From the sequence record SRR20825006_1527: a stretch of 48,310 nucleotides of DNA; one strand, given 5' to 3'. Positions 9,037-18,686 of this stretch are shown here, piece after piece. The first letter of the stretch is position 1. Every line of letters begins with the position of its first letter. A program made the translations under genes and the position numbers. Below the pieces are notes generated by a model that saw only the letters and a program-made list of their open reading frames with translations, was not told the origin of the DNA and did no database searches.

Positions 9037-10194
9037 ATGGCGTTCGATTTTCTGGTTCCGGTCAAGGACAAGGTATTGGCACATTCCGAATTGTTGCCAG
9101 AACAGGCATTGGGCAAGAACGTTCATATGCATACCGAAAAGGATGGGCTACCTGTGTTCGCTCAAGCTGATGTTGCCATTTTTGGTGTCTTGGAATCCAG
9201 AAACGCTTTTGAGAAAAAACCCGAAAAATTGGATCTTGATGAGGTCCGTATCCAGCTTTACCGTCTTATGATGGGTAACTGGAACTCCACTATTATCGAT
9301 ATTGGCGACGTGGAGGAGGGCAATACTGTAGAGGATACCTATTTTGTGGTAAAGGAAATTGTAGCCGGTCTCCTTGAAGAAAATATTATACCAATTGTTC
9401 TGGGACTTACCCAGGACATTACCTTTCCCACGTATCGTGCTTTTGATAAAATAAAGAGTATGGTGAATCTGGTCTCCATCGATAGTCGTTTTGACTTTGG
9501 TGAGGACGATGAATTGATTTCATCACATTCCTACATGAGCAAAATTATCACCGACAAGCCCAACAACCTATTCAATTTTTCCAATATTGGTTACCAGAGC
9601 TACTTCAATGCCCAGGAGGAAAAGGATTTAATGGAGCGTCTGTTCTTTGATGCTTACAGGTTAGGTGAGATTGCGGCCAACATAGAATTGGCGGAACCGG
9701 TATTGCGCAGTAGCGATATTGTTAGTTTGGATTTAAGGGCGATTCGAGCAAGTGAAATGGGCGGCTCCAGAAATTTTTCTCCCAACGGGTTTACCGGAAG
9801 GGAGATATGTGCCATTGCCCGCTATGCAGGGATAAGTGACAAAGTAACCCTGTTCGGTATCTACGAGGGAGAGAATTCACACCAAGCCTTTCAGATGATC
9901 GCCCAGATCATCTGGTACTTCATAGAAGGGTTGAGTTTTAGAATAAAAGAATACCCAAGCTCCAAGAGCGAAGACTTCACAAAGTTTACCGTGCCCACGG
10001 ACACCGAGGAATTGGTCTTCTTCAAAAGTCATGTTACAGAAAGATGGTGGGTAGAAGTGCCAACAATTTTAGCTGAACATACTAAAACAAATTCGGTGGC
10101 GTTATTACCATGCACCGAAGAGGACTATCTGGATGCTTGCAACCAGAACATTCCGGAAAGGTGGTTCAAAGCCTATAGAAAGGGGCTGAACTAA
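9037..10194 (+). CDS. Arginase/formimidoylglutamase-fold protein with degenerate metal site
   Basis: IIDIGDV, SIDSRFD, FSNIGYQ and SPNGFTGREICAIARYAG match the ureohydrolase fold; 2 nt downstream of topA. Confidence 0.8.
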   Translation: MAFDFLVPVKDKVLAHSELLPEQALGKNVHMHTEKDGLPVFAQADVAIFGVLESRNAFEKKPEKLDLDEVRIQLYRLMMGNWNSTIIDIGDVEEGNTVEDTYFVVKEIVAGLLEENIIPIVLGLTQDITFPTYRAFDKIKSMVNLVSIDSRFDFGEDDELISSHSYMSKIITDKPNNLFNFSNIGYQSYFNAQEEKDLMERLFFDAYRLGEIAANIELAEPVLRSSDIVSLDLRAIRASEMGGSRNFSPNGFTGREICAIARYAGISDKVTLFGIYEGENSHQAFQMIAQIIWYFIEGLSFRIKEYPSSKSEDFTKFTVPTDTEELVFFKSHVTERWWVEVPTILAEHTKTNSVALLPCTEEDYLDACNQNIPERWFKAYRKGLN

Positions 10195-10315
10195 TTAAAT
10201 TAAATTTTGACCATTAATTGTTTTTACACAATAATTCATTCAAAAATCAGTTTTGAGAATAATAAACCTGTGTAGTGCAGTTATAAATCTTGAATCGAAT
10301 AATTTAACCTAAAGT

Positions 10316-11695
10316 ATGAGAAAGCTATTCTTTTCATCTATAGCACTTGTTTTTTTGCTTACCAGTTGTGGCTCTAAATCAAGATCAAAAGGTGAACTAG
10401 TTGGGGTCAGTGGAAAAAAATGGCATCCAGAAAAACCCTATGGAATGGAACTGATTCCCCGCGGCGCCTTTGTTATGGGTAAAGCCGAGGAGGATCAGGC
10501 AAAAGTATTGAACGCTCCCACAAGAACGGTTACCGTACGTTCCTTTTATATGGACGACACGGAAATCACCAATAGTGAGTACCGACAGTTTGTGGAGTGG
10601 GTCAAGGATTCCATAGTAAGAACAAAATTGGCCATTTTGGCCGACGAGCTGGGGATAAGCCCAGAGGATGAAGGTATCGGGGAGTATGCTTTTAAAGATA
10701 CAGATACTACCGAACTATCCGTTTATGATAAATATATGCTCGACAACTACGCGGGTCTGGGAGCGACCGGGTACGAAGGAAGGGCATTGAACAAAGATGT
10801 GGACTTGGTATGGGATACATCCGAATATCCAGATGAGTACTACGCAGAGGTTATGGATTCCATCTACCTACCCGAAGAAGAAAGCTATAACGGCTTGAGA
10901 AGTGTGGACGTTACCAAGTTAAAATATAAGTACAGCTGGATGGATATCGAAGCAGCCGCTAGGGCCAGGACCGGTAACAGAAAGGATTTCATTAAGCACG
11001 AAGAATTGGAGATTTATCCCGATACCACTGTATGGATCCGGGATTTTGAATACAGCTACAACGAGCCAATGCACAACGATTACTTTTGGCACGACGCCTA
11101 CAGTGATTATCCTGTGGTTGGTGTTAACTGGATGCAGGCCAAAGCTTTCTGTAACTGGAGGACCAAGTTCAAGAACGATGACCAAAAAAGTCGCGGCAAG
11201 CAGTTCGTAAACCAGTTCAGGTTGCCCACCGAAGCTGAGTGGGAATATGCCGCAAGAGGTGGAATCGAAGGAGGGACATATCCTTGGGGTGGTCCGTATG
11301 TGATCAGTGATACAGGATGTTTTATGGCCAATTTTAAACCACAGCGTGGTGATTATGCCGCTGATGCCGCCCTATACACCGTGGAAGCCAAATCTTTTGA
11401 GCCAAACGAATACAACCTGTACAATATGGCCGGTAACGTATCCGAATGGACCAACTCAAGTTTTGATCAAGGTGCATACGAATACCTGTCCACCATGAAC
11501 CCGAATATCGGTTCACAGGACAATCAACGTAAAGTAATCCGCGGAGGTTCTTGGAAAGATGTTGCCTACTTCTTGCAAGTAAGTACCAGGGATTACGAAT
11601 ATCAGGATTCCGCTAGAAGTTACATTGGATTTAGAACCGTTCAAGATTACATGGGAGAAGAAGATTCTACCAACGGTAGCAGAAGCGGACTATAA
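10316..11695 (+). CDS. gldK: Gliding motility / T9SS lipoprotein GldK
   Basis: Lipobox LTSC; FGE-sulfatase-like motifs RLPTEAEWEYAARGG, NMAGNVSEW, RGGSW, IGFR; first gene of a KLMN block. Confidence 0.95.
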   Translation: MRKLFFSSIALVFLLTSCGSKSRSKGELVGVSGKKWHPEKPYGMELIPRGAFVMGKAEEDQAKVLNAPTRTVTVRSFYMDDTEITNSEYRQFVEWVKDSIVRTKLAILADELGISPEDEGIGEYAFKDTDTTELSVYDKYMLDNYAGLGATGYEGRALNKDVDLVWDTSEYPDEYYAEVMDSIYLPEEESYNGLRSVDVTKLKYKYSWMDIEAAARARTGNRKDFIKHEELEIYPDTTVWIRDFEYSYNEPMHNDYFWHDAYSDYPVVGVNWMQAKAFCNWRTKFKNDDQKSRGKQFVNQFRLPTEAEWEYAARGGIEGGTYPWGGPYVISDTGCFMANFKPQRGDYAADAALYTVEAKSFEPNEYNLYNMAGNVSEWTNSSFDQGAYEYLSTMNPNIGSQDNQRKVIRGGSWKDVAYFLQVSTRDYEYQDSARSYIGFRTVQDYMGEEDSTNGSRSGL

Positions 11696-11780
11696 TAAAA
11701 CAACGAGAGAACATTATATAAACAAGTAAGAGTAGTAACCAAATACTTATTTTTTATATAACTTAATTAAAACTAGAATT

Positions 11781-12437
11781 ATGGCGCAGTCAAAATCAAC
11801 AAAAAAGCTGTTTAACATGGCCTACGGGCTTGGAGCATCAGTAGTAATTATTGGTGCATTGTTCAAGATCCTTCACTGGGAGTTCGGACCACTTACAGGT
11901 GGACTTCTTCTTGCTGTTGGTCTTATTACCGAAGCATTGATCTTTGCTATCTCTGCATTTGAACCGGTAGATGATGAGTACGATTGGTCTTTGGTTTATC
12001 CTGAATTGGCAGGAGGTCAGCAATCTGCTTCCAGAAAACAAGAGGCTAAAGATGCTCAAGAAGCTGAAGGTCTTCTTTCCAAGAAATTGGACAACCTACT
12101 TAAAGAAGCCAAAATCGATTCTGATCTTTTTGCCAACTTGGGCGAAAGCATCAAGAGTTTTGAAGGTGCCGCTAAGAATATCACTCCTACAACAGATGCT
12201 ATCCAACACACTAAGAAGTATTCTGAGGAATTGTCTCATGCAGCAGCTCAAATGGAATCTTTGAATAGCTTGTACAAAGTACAATTGGAAAGCGCTAGCA
12301 GACAAGCTTCCATCAACGAGGAGGTTGTACAGAACGCAGGTGCTTTGAAAGACCAAATGCAATCGTTGGCCACTAACCTTTCTTCTTTGAACGGTGTTTA
12401 CGGTGGTATGCTTACAGCCATGGGCGGAAGAAACTAA
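11781..12437 (+). CDS. gldL: Gliding motility motor protein GldL
   Basis: YGLGASVVIIGALFKILHW, GLITEALIFAISAFEP, WSLVYPEL; C-terminal NLSSLNGVYGGMLTAM. Confidence 0.96.
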   Translation: MAQSKSTKKLFNMAYGLGASVVIIGALFKILHWEFGPLTGGLLLAVGLITEALIFAISAFEPVDDEYDWSLVYPELAGGQQSASRKQEAKDAQEAEGLLSKKLDNLLKEAKIDSDLFANLGESIKSFEGAAKNITPTTDAIQHTKKYSEELSHAAAQMESLNSLYKVQLESASRQASINEEVVQNAGALKDQMQSLATNLSSLNGVYGGMLTAMGGRN

Positions 12438-12500
12438 TTAGAGTTTGATCAACAGAAAACAAACCAAATCAAATTAATTATTAAATCTAATTAGAAAAAC

Positions 12501-14072
12501 ATGGCAGGAGGAAAACAAACACCACGTCAGAAGATGATCAACCTTATGTACTTGATCTTCATCGCGATGTTGGCCCTTAATATGAGCAAGGAAGTACTTG
12601 CAGCTTTCGGACTTATGAACGAAAAGTTGGAAACTTCCAATACGAACATGGATTCCAATAACGCTAGTTTCTTTGCTAGCTTGGAAACCAAAGCTTCCGA
12701 AAATGCTGAAGAGTATGGAGCGCTTTACGAAGATGCTCAAAAGGTAAAAGAACTATCCGATAGCTACTACAGCTATTTGGAAGGATTGAAAAAAGAAATG
12801 ACCGCAGATTTGGAGGATCCAAAAGATTATGTGGTTATGGATAAGTCCGATTACTTGGACCAAAAATTCTTTCAAGGTGACAATTTAGGCCCAGAAGGAA
12901 AAAAGTTCATGGAATACATCAACAACTACCGTGAAGGCGTGATCAATGCATTGCCGGAAGGTAAGTTCGAATCTTTGAAATCTGCAGTGAAAGCTCGCTT
13001 TGCTACAGGTGGTGAAGACGGTAAGGTTGAGAAGAGAGACGGAACCCGTCAAGATTGGATCAACTATCACTACGAAGGATTCCCATTGGTAGCTTCTTTG
13101 ACCAAGATGACCCAATTGCAAGCTGACATCAAAACTACGGAGCAAGAGGTGTTGAAAACCCTTTTGGAAGGTGAGTTGACCGAAGCTGTATCGTTGACCA
13201 ACTTTGCAAGTTCATTGTCCGCTCCAAAAACGGCTTACTACGCAGGTGAAAAGTATGATGGAAAAATCATTGTTAGCAAAACCGACAAGACTTCCACACC
13301 TGTAAAAGCTGAGTTGACCTTGGATGGAAGACCAATGACAGAAGGTAAAGATTACGAATTGGAAGCTGGTGGTATCAAAATGTTGATCAGTGCCGGTACT
13401 CCAGGTGATCACACAATCAAAGGAACAATGACCTTTATGCAGGATGGTGAAGAAGTTCCTGTAGAAGTGAACAATACTTTTGCTACGATTTCCATGCCCA
13501 ACGCAGCGGTTATATCTGCTGATAAGATGAACGTGGTTTACCGTGGGGTAGCCAACCCAATGACGATTTCTATTCCTGGAATTCCAGATAACAAGGTGTC
13601 TGCAAATGCTCCTGGTTTGAGCAGAAGAAGTGGAAGCCAGTACGTTATGAATCCTGGAACAGGTAGGTCTGTGACCATTACAGCTTCCGGTACTTTGCCA
13701 GATGGTAAAGGCATCAGCACTAAGTCCGAGTTCCGTATCAAGGATATTCCAAGACCAAGCGGTACCGTTCGTGGTGAGTCTGGTAGCGTTAAAATGCCAA
13801 GAAACAACCTGGAAATTTCCACTGTTAGCGCTATGTTGGAAGACTTTGATTTTGACTTGAACCTTGCTGTAAGCCAGTTTAAGTTCAAAGTTCCTGGTCA
13901 ACCTACTGTAGTTGTAAACGGAAACAAATTGGATGCCAGAGCCAAATCTGCACTTAAGAGAGCAGATAGAGGTGAATCTGTCCAGATATTCGATATTCAA
14001 GCTTACATCACAAACAACAAGAGCTACAAGTTGAAAAAAGTATCTCCTGTAGTGGTTGAGCTTACAAACTAA
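12501..14072 (+). CDS. gldM: Gliding motility motor protein GldM
   Basis: N-terminal PRQKMINLMYLIFIAMLALN; ADKMNVVYRGVANP. Confidence 0.96.
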   Translation: MAGGKQTPRQKMINLMYLIFIAMLALNMSKEVLAAFGLMNEKLETSNTNMDSNNASFFASLETKASENAEEYGALYEDAQKVKELSDSYYSYLEGLKKEMTADLEDPKDYVVMDKSDYLDQKFFQGDNLGPEGKKFMEYINNYREGVINALPEGKFESLKSAVKARFATGGEDGKVEKRDGTRQDWINYHYEGFPLVASLTKMTQLQADIKTTEQEVLKTLLEGELTEAVSLTNFASSLSAPKTAYYAGEKYDGKIIVSKTDKTSTPVKAELTLDGRPMTEGKDYELEAGGIKMLISAGTPGDHTIKGTMTFMQDGEEVPVEVNNTFATISMPNAAVISADKMNVVYRGVANPMTISIPGIPDNKVSANAPGLSRRSGSQYVMNPGTGRSVTITASGTLPDGKGISTKSEFRIKDIPRPSGTVRGESGSVKMPRNNLEISTVSAMLEDFDFDLNLAVSQFKFKVPGQPTVVVNGNKLDARAKSALKRADRGESVQIFDIQAYITNNKSYKLKKVSPVVVELTN

Positions 14073-14098
14073 GAAGTATAAAAAGTATACAAGTGATC

Positions 14099-15001
14099 AT
14101 GAATTGGAAAAACGCATTATTAATAGGATTGTTGGGCATATTGCCAGTATCAATCATGGCACAGGCAAACATTTTGAATGCCAAGCTGCCCGAAGATATC
14201 GGTAAGAAAACCCAAGCTCAAATAGAGCAAGATGCCGATGAGCCCTTGGAATACGGTTATGTGGATGATAGGGATATCCTTTGGTCCAAGACCGTCTGGG
14301 AAATCATCGATCTTGACGAGCGAGTTAACTTTCCATTGTATTACCCAACCGATACCATAGGTATTGGAGCGGACAGAAGGTCTTTGTACCACGTTTTGAT
14401 GAAAAACATCAGAAACGGTAATCTTACCGAGGTATATGCAGACTCTTACTTTACAGAGAAGAGAAAGTTGGAGGACCTTTCGGCAACCTTGCGTAAAGTG
14501 GATACCACTGATCTTGGATATGAACAATTGAATGCTGGTGAGCAAATATCCCCTGAGTTTATCAACAGAAGGGATTTGACAGCCGCTGATATTGAGGAAT
14601 TCCGAATTAAAGGAATGTGGTATTTCGATAAGCGCCAAGGTGAGCTTAAGTATCGCTTATTGGGAATTGCCCCAGTTGCTCCCGATGTAAACTTCATAGA
14701 CGATGAATCTATGGGAACTGGGGAGAACAAAGTAGAGTTGTTCTGGGTATGGTATCCTGCGGCACGTCAAATTTTGCACGATGCCAAGGTGTACAACCAG
14801 CAAAACTCTGCAAGACCAATTTCTTTTGATATGTTGTTGAACGCGCGTCGATTCAATGGTGTCATCTATAAAGAAGAAAACGTTCACGAGGATCGTGAGA
14901 TAAGCGATTACATTTTTGATAATGCCTTGTTCCAGCTCTTGGAAGCCCAAAGAATCAAAGAGGGCATACGAGATAGAGAGCAAGATATGTGGGCGTACTA
15001 A
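14099..15001 (+). CDS. gldN: Gliding motility protein GldN
   Basis: Signal peptide; ILWSKTVWEIIDLDERVNFPLYYP, WYFDKRQGELKYRLLGIAP, ELFWVWYP. ATG 14099 preferred over GTG 14093. Confidence 0.94.
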   Translation: MNWKNALLIGLLGILPVSIMAQANILNAKLPEDIGKKTQAQIEQDADEPLEYGYVDDRDILWSKTVWEIIDLDERVNFPLYYPTDTIGIGADRRSLYHVLMKNIRNGNLTEVYADSYFTEKRKLEDLSATLRKVDTTDLGYEQLNAGEQISPEFINRRDLTAADIEEFRIKGMWYFDKRQGELKYRLLGIAPVAPDVNFIDDESMGTGENKVELFWVWYPAARQILHDAKVYNQQNSARPISFDMLLNARRFNGVIYKEENVHEDREISDYIFDNALFQLLEAQRIKEGIRDREQDMWAY

Positions 15002-15033
15002 ACGTTCATAGAATATTTCCAATTCAATACAGT

Positions 15034-15063
15034 AAAACGCCGCACCTAGTGCGGCGTTTTTTT
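15034..15063 (+). terminator. Intrinsic terminator of gldKLMN
   Basis: AAAACGCCGCAC-cta-GTGCGGCGTTTT followed by TTT. Confidence 0.9.
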
Positions 15064-15106
15064 GTTTTAAAGTCAAATGAAAATGCCAAGGACTCGTTCA
15101 GTTGCT

Positions 15107-15114
15107 TAATTTTG
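15107..15114 (+). promoter_or_regulatory. -7 promoter box 4 nt before the start codon (probably leaderless)
   Basis: TAATTTTG-tggt-ATG (15119). Confidence 0.6.
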
Positions 15115-15118
15115 TGGT

Positions 15119-16174
15119 ATGGTTGATTATTTAGTTGTAGGTCTGGGTTTGGCGGGAATCACTTTTTGTGAGGTTCTGGAGGAAAATGGAAAAACCTTTA
15201 AGGTAATCTCCGATGACTCCCAGCAAGCATCACAAGTTGCCGGGGGCTTGTACAATCCAGTTATTTTGAAGCGGTTTACCATGGCGTGGAAGGCCAAAAT
15301 GCAATTGGAAGTAGCAAAACCGTTTTATCAAAAAATAGAAAAAAAAATAGGGACCAGTATCGAGTATGAGCTTCCAGTGCTTCGAAAATTCGCCTCTATT
15401 GAAGAGCAAAACCTATGGTTTGAGGTATCCGACCGTCCAGATCTGGATTATTTTCTGTCCACTAAAGTGCTCCCCAATAACAATCCCGCCATTGACGCTC
15501 CGTATGGTTTCGGAGAAGTAAAATATACAGGTAGAATTGATACTGCCGCTTTGGTGAGGTCGTACAGCAATTATCTCAAGAAACGTGATTTGCTTTTAGA
15601 AGAGTCTCTGGATTTTGATGCAATTTCAATTACAAACGAAACCGTATCGTACAACAATGAAACGGCAAAGAATCTCGTGTTCGCCTGTGGTTTTGGACTC
15701 AAACAGGACCCATACTTTGGATATCTGCCCTTGAACGGGACCAAAGGGGAATTGCTTATCATCCACGCCCCGGAATATCGAGAGAACAACGTTATAAAAT
15801 CGTCCGTTTTTACCATTCCCATGGAAAATGATAGATATTTGGTCGGCGCTACCTACAAGTGGAAGGACAAGACCAATATACCCACAGAAGAATCCAAAAA
15901 TGAGCTTTTGGAAAAGTTGACAACCTTTTTAAAGTGTGATTTTGAGGTTGTGGATCATGTAGCGGGTATTAGACCAACGGTTGTAGACCGTAGGCCATTG
16001 GTGGGAAGGCATCCAGAGCATAAAAACCTTTATGTGTTGAACGGTTTTGGTTCGAGAGGAGTAATGATCGGACCGTACGCTTCCAAACAACTTTTTGATT
16101 ACATAGAAAAAGAATCCGAGCTCGACCCAGAAATGGATATTCAACGATTTACTAAAAAATACTACTCAAAATAG
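15119..16174 (+). CDS. FAD-dependent oxidoreductase (DAO / glycine oxidase family)
   Basis: N-terminal VVGLGLAG, ASQVAGGL, AGIRPTVVDRRPLVG, NGFGSRG. Confidence 0.9.
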   Translation: MVDYLVVGLGLAGITFCEVLEENGKTFKVISDDSQQASQVAGGLYNPVILKRFTMAWKAKMQLEVAKPFYQKIEKKIGTSIEYELPVLRKFASIEEQNLWFEVSDRPDLDYFLSTKVLPNNNPAIDAPYGFGEVKYTGRIDTAALVRSYSNYLKKRDLLLEESLDFDAISITNETVSYNNETAKNLVFACGFGLKQDPYFGYLPLNGTKGELLIIHAPEYRENNVIKSSVFTIPMENDRYLVGATYKWKDKTNIPTEESKNELLEKLTTFLKCDFEVVDHVAGIRPTVVDRRPLVGRHPEHKNLYVLNGFGSRGVMIGPYASKQLFDYIEKESELDPEMDIQRFTKKYYSK

Positions 16175-16176
16175 CT

Positions 16177-16572
16177 TTATGCGGTTTCGTGCTTTTTAAC
16201 AGAGGTTGCATCATACTTCACAAAAAGATTGATCCAAATATTTCTGGAAAGTCTAATTATGACCGGCATAAAAACCACTAAAGTGCCCACAATGGCAATA
16301 AAAGTCGTGGGTAATGAAGCGTCCAGAAACAAGAATGAAATCACAAAGGCGGCTACGGCAAAAGCAATGCCGACAGCATAGCTGACATACATCGCCCCGT
16401 AAAAAAATGAAGGCTCAATCTTGTATTTTAAACCGCAATGTGAACACCTTTCGTTCATACTGAAGATTTTGGAAAGAGCATAGGGGTTGGATTTCTCATA
16501 CATACTCTCTTCTTGGCACCTTGGACAGTTTCCTGTTAAAATGCTGTACATTTTGGTTCCTTTTTTTAACAT
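16177..16572 (-). CDS. DUF983-family membrane protein
   Basis: CPRC...CSHC pair, EPSFFYGAMYVSY, two TM helices. ATG 16572 chosen because it lies downstream of the TACTTTTG box at 16596-16589. Confidence 0.85.
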   Translation of the reverse strand: MLKKGTKMYSILTGNCPRCQEESMYEKSNPYALSKIFSMNERCSHCGLKYKIEPSFFYGAMYVSYAVGIAFAVAAFVISFLFLDASLPTTFIAIVGTLVVFMPVIIRLSRNIWINLFVKYDATSVKKHETA

Positions 16573-16588
16573 TTGCACGGCTTTTGTA

Positions 16589-16604
16589 CAAAAGTATACA
16601 TTCG
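16589..16604. promoter_or_regulatory. Back-to-back divergent -7 boxes (DUF983 and ABC-F)
   Basis: Minus strand TACTTTTG (16596-16589) directly abuts plus strand TACATTCG (16597-16604). Confidence 0.5.
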
Positions 16605-16637
16605 CCAATTAATGTTTTGTAATCAAGGTCACATATA

Positions 16638-18551
16638 ATGCTAAATATTCATAATCTATCCGTAGCCTTTGGAGGGGAATATCTGTTCGAGGAAATATCT
16701 TTTCGTCTCAATGGGGGCGACAGGGTAGGGCTTATCGGAAAGAACGGTGCCGGAAAATCAACCATGCTCAAACTCTTGGCCAAGGAAATGTCCTTGGACG
16801 AAGGTGCCATAGCTACCGAAAAAAATGTCAAAATTGGGTTTCTAAAACAGGATATCGATTTTGAGGAAGGTAGAACCGTGCTGGAAGAATCCTATCAGGC
16901 ATTTTCAGAGATCAAGGAGATGGAGCTGAAGTTGGACGAGATCAATACGGCTTTGGCCGAACGTACAGATTATGAAAGCGAAGGCTATCACCAATTAATG
17001 GTAGATCTTAACGATGTTACCCATCGATATGAAATATTGGGCGGTTACAACTATCAGGGAGATACGGAGAAGGTACTTCTTGGACTAGGTTTTAAGCGGG
17101 AAGATTTCAACAAGCTCACCGATACATTTTCTGGTGGTTGGCGTATGCGTATCGAACTTGCCAAATTGTTGCTCCAAAGCAATGATGTACTCCTGCTCGA
17201 TGAGCCAACGAACCACTTGGATATTGAGTCCATCATCTGGCTGGAACAATTTTTAAGGAACTTTACCGGAGCAGTAGTGATCGTTTCCCACGATAAAATG
17301 TTTCTGGATAATGTGACCAACCGAACCATCGAGATTTCTTTGGGCAGGATATATGATTACAGTAAGCCCTATTCACAATTTTTGGTACATCGCAAGGAAA
17401 TCAAGGAACAACAATTGAGTGCCCAGAAAAACCAGGAAAAACAAATTCAGCAGACCGAAAGGTTGATAGAAAAGTTTAGGGCCAAGTCCAGTAAGGCTTC
17501 CATGGCGCAATCCTTGATCAAGAAGCTGGATAAAATGGAGCGAATCGAAGTGGATGAAGAGGATAACAGCGTAATGAACTTGCGCTTCCCTGTTTCCATA
17601 AATCCTGGTAAAGTAATCGCTGAATTGGATGGCGTTTCAAAAAGCTACGGTTCTAAAAGAGTATTAGAGGATATTGACCTTTTGGTAGAAAGAGGGAGCA
17701 AAACAGCTTTCGTAGGCCAAAACGGACAGGGTAAGACTACTTTGGCCAAGATCATGGTCGGAGAACTTGACCATGATGGAAACCTAAAAATCGGACACAA
17801 CGTGCAGCTAGGGTATTTTGCCCAGAACCAAGCTGAGTATCTGGATGGCAGCAAAACCATTTTGGATACCATGATCGATGCGGCCAACGAGAGCAATCGG
17901 AGTAAAGTAAGGGACATCCTTGGCTCATTTTTGTTCAGGGGCGATGATGTGGACAAGTATGTAAAAGTGTTGTCAGGAGGTGAAAGGAATCGCTTGGCAT
18001 TGGCAAAGATGTTGTTGCAGCCCTTTAATGTGCTGGTAATGGATGAACCTACCAACCACTTGGACATAAAATCCAAGAATGTACTGAAACAAGCTTTGCA
18101 AAGTTTTGAAGGTACACTGATATTGGTATCTCACGACCGTGATTTTCTTCAGGGATTGACGGATAGGGTTTACGAATTCAAGGAAGGGGGAATCAAGGAG
18201 TATTTGGGCGATATCGATTTTTACTTGGAACAGCGTAAAATGGATGATTTCCGAAGTGTTGAAAAAGGAGATCAAAAGAAAGAGGAAAAAACTCAGGAAA
18301 AATCAAAGGAAAGTGACTACCATACTCAGAAAAAGCAAAAGTCATTGAAGAATCGACTCAGCGGAGTAGAGAAGAGGATCTCGCAATTGGAAAAGGAAAT
18401 TGCGAATATTGACCACGACCTTCTTATGGATTACGATACCACCATTGCCAAACCAAACTTTTTTGACAAATACGAAGGGAAAAAGAAGGAATTGGAAGGC
18501 CTTATGGAAGATTGGGAAACCCTCTCGCATGAACTAGAAACATTGGATTAA
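16638..18551 (+). CDS. ABC-F family ATPase (ribosome-associated)
   Basis: Two NBDs (GKNGAGKS / FSGGWRMR / LLLDEPTNHLD and GQNGQGKT / LSGGE / VMDEPTNHLD), no TM segments, C-terminal coiled coil. Confidence 0.94.
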   Translation: MLNIHNLSVAFGGEYLFEEISFRLNGGDRVGLIGKNGAGKSTMLKLLAKEMSLDEGAIATEKNVKIGFLKQDIDFEEGRTVLEESYQAFSEIKEMELKLDEINTALAERTDYESEGYHQLMVDLNDVTHRYEILGGYNYQGDTEKVLLGLGFKREDFNKLTDTFSGGWRMRIELAKLLLQSNDVLLLDEPTNHLDIESIIWLEQFLRNFTGAVVIVSHDKMFLDNVTNRTIEISLGRIYDYSKPYSQFLVHRKEIKEQQLSAQKNQEKQIQQTERLIEKFRAKSSKASMAQSLIKKLDKMERIEVDEEDNSVMNLRFPVSINPGKVIAELDGVSKSYGSKRVLEDIDLLVERGSKTAFVGQNGQGKTTLAKIMVGELDHDGNLKIGHNVQLGYFAQNQAEYLDGSKTILDTMIDAANESNRSKVRDILGSFLFRGDDVDKYVKVLSGGERNRLALAKMLLQPFNVLVMDEPTNHLDIKSKNVLKQALQSFEGTLILVSHDRDFLQGLTDRVYEFKEGGIKEYLGDIDFYLEQRKMDDFRSVEKGDQKKEEKTQEKSKESDYHTQKKQKSLKNRLSGVEKRISQLEKEIANIDHDLLMDYDTTIAKPNFFDKYEGKKKELEGLMEDWETLSHELETLD

Positions 18552-18686
18552 GAGAAATCACCGCTTTCTTACAACGTTTTTTCGCAAATTCACAACATAT
18601 AGCTGTTAGTTTATCGATAAAACTTGTAAGATGTTTCTCATTTTTATTATTTTGTATGTAAATTTCCTACAACTAAATAAGAAATA

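Noticed and set aside
13212-14000. 262-aa antisense ORF inside gldM
   Set aside because: Entirely opposite a highly conserved gene and has no recognisable motif; consistent with a shadow ORF caused by codon bias.
10316-15001. gldKLMN as a novel system
   Set aside because: Well-characterised gliding / type IX secretion motor in its usual order.
16573-16608. Track start of DUF983 at 16608
   Set aside because: Upstream of its likely -7 box (16596-16589); ATG 16572 preferred.
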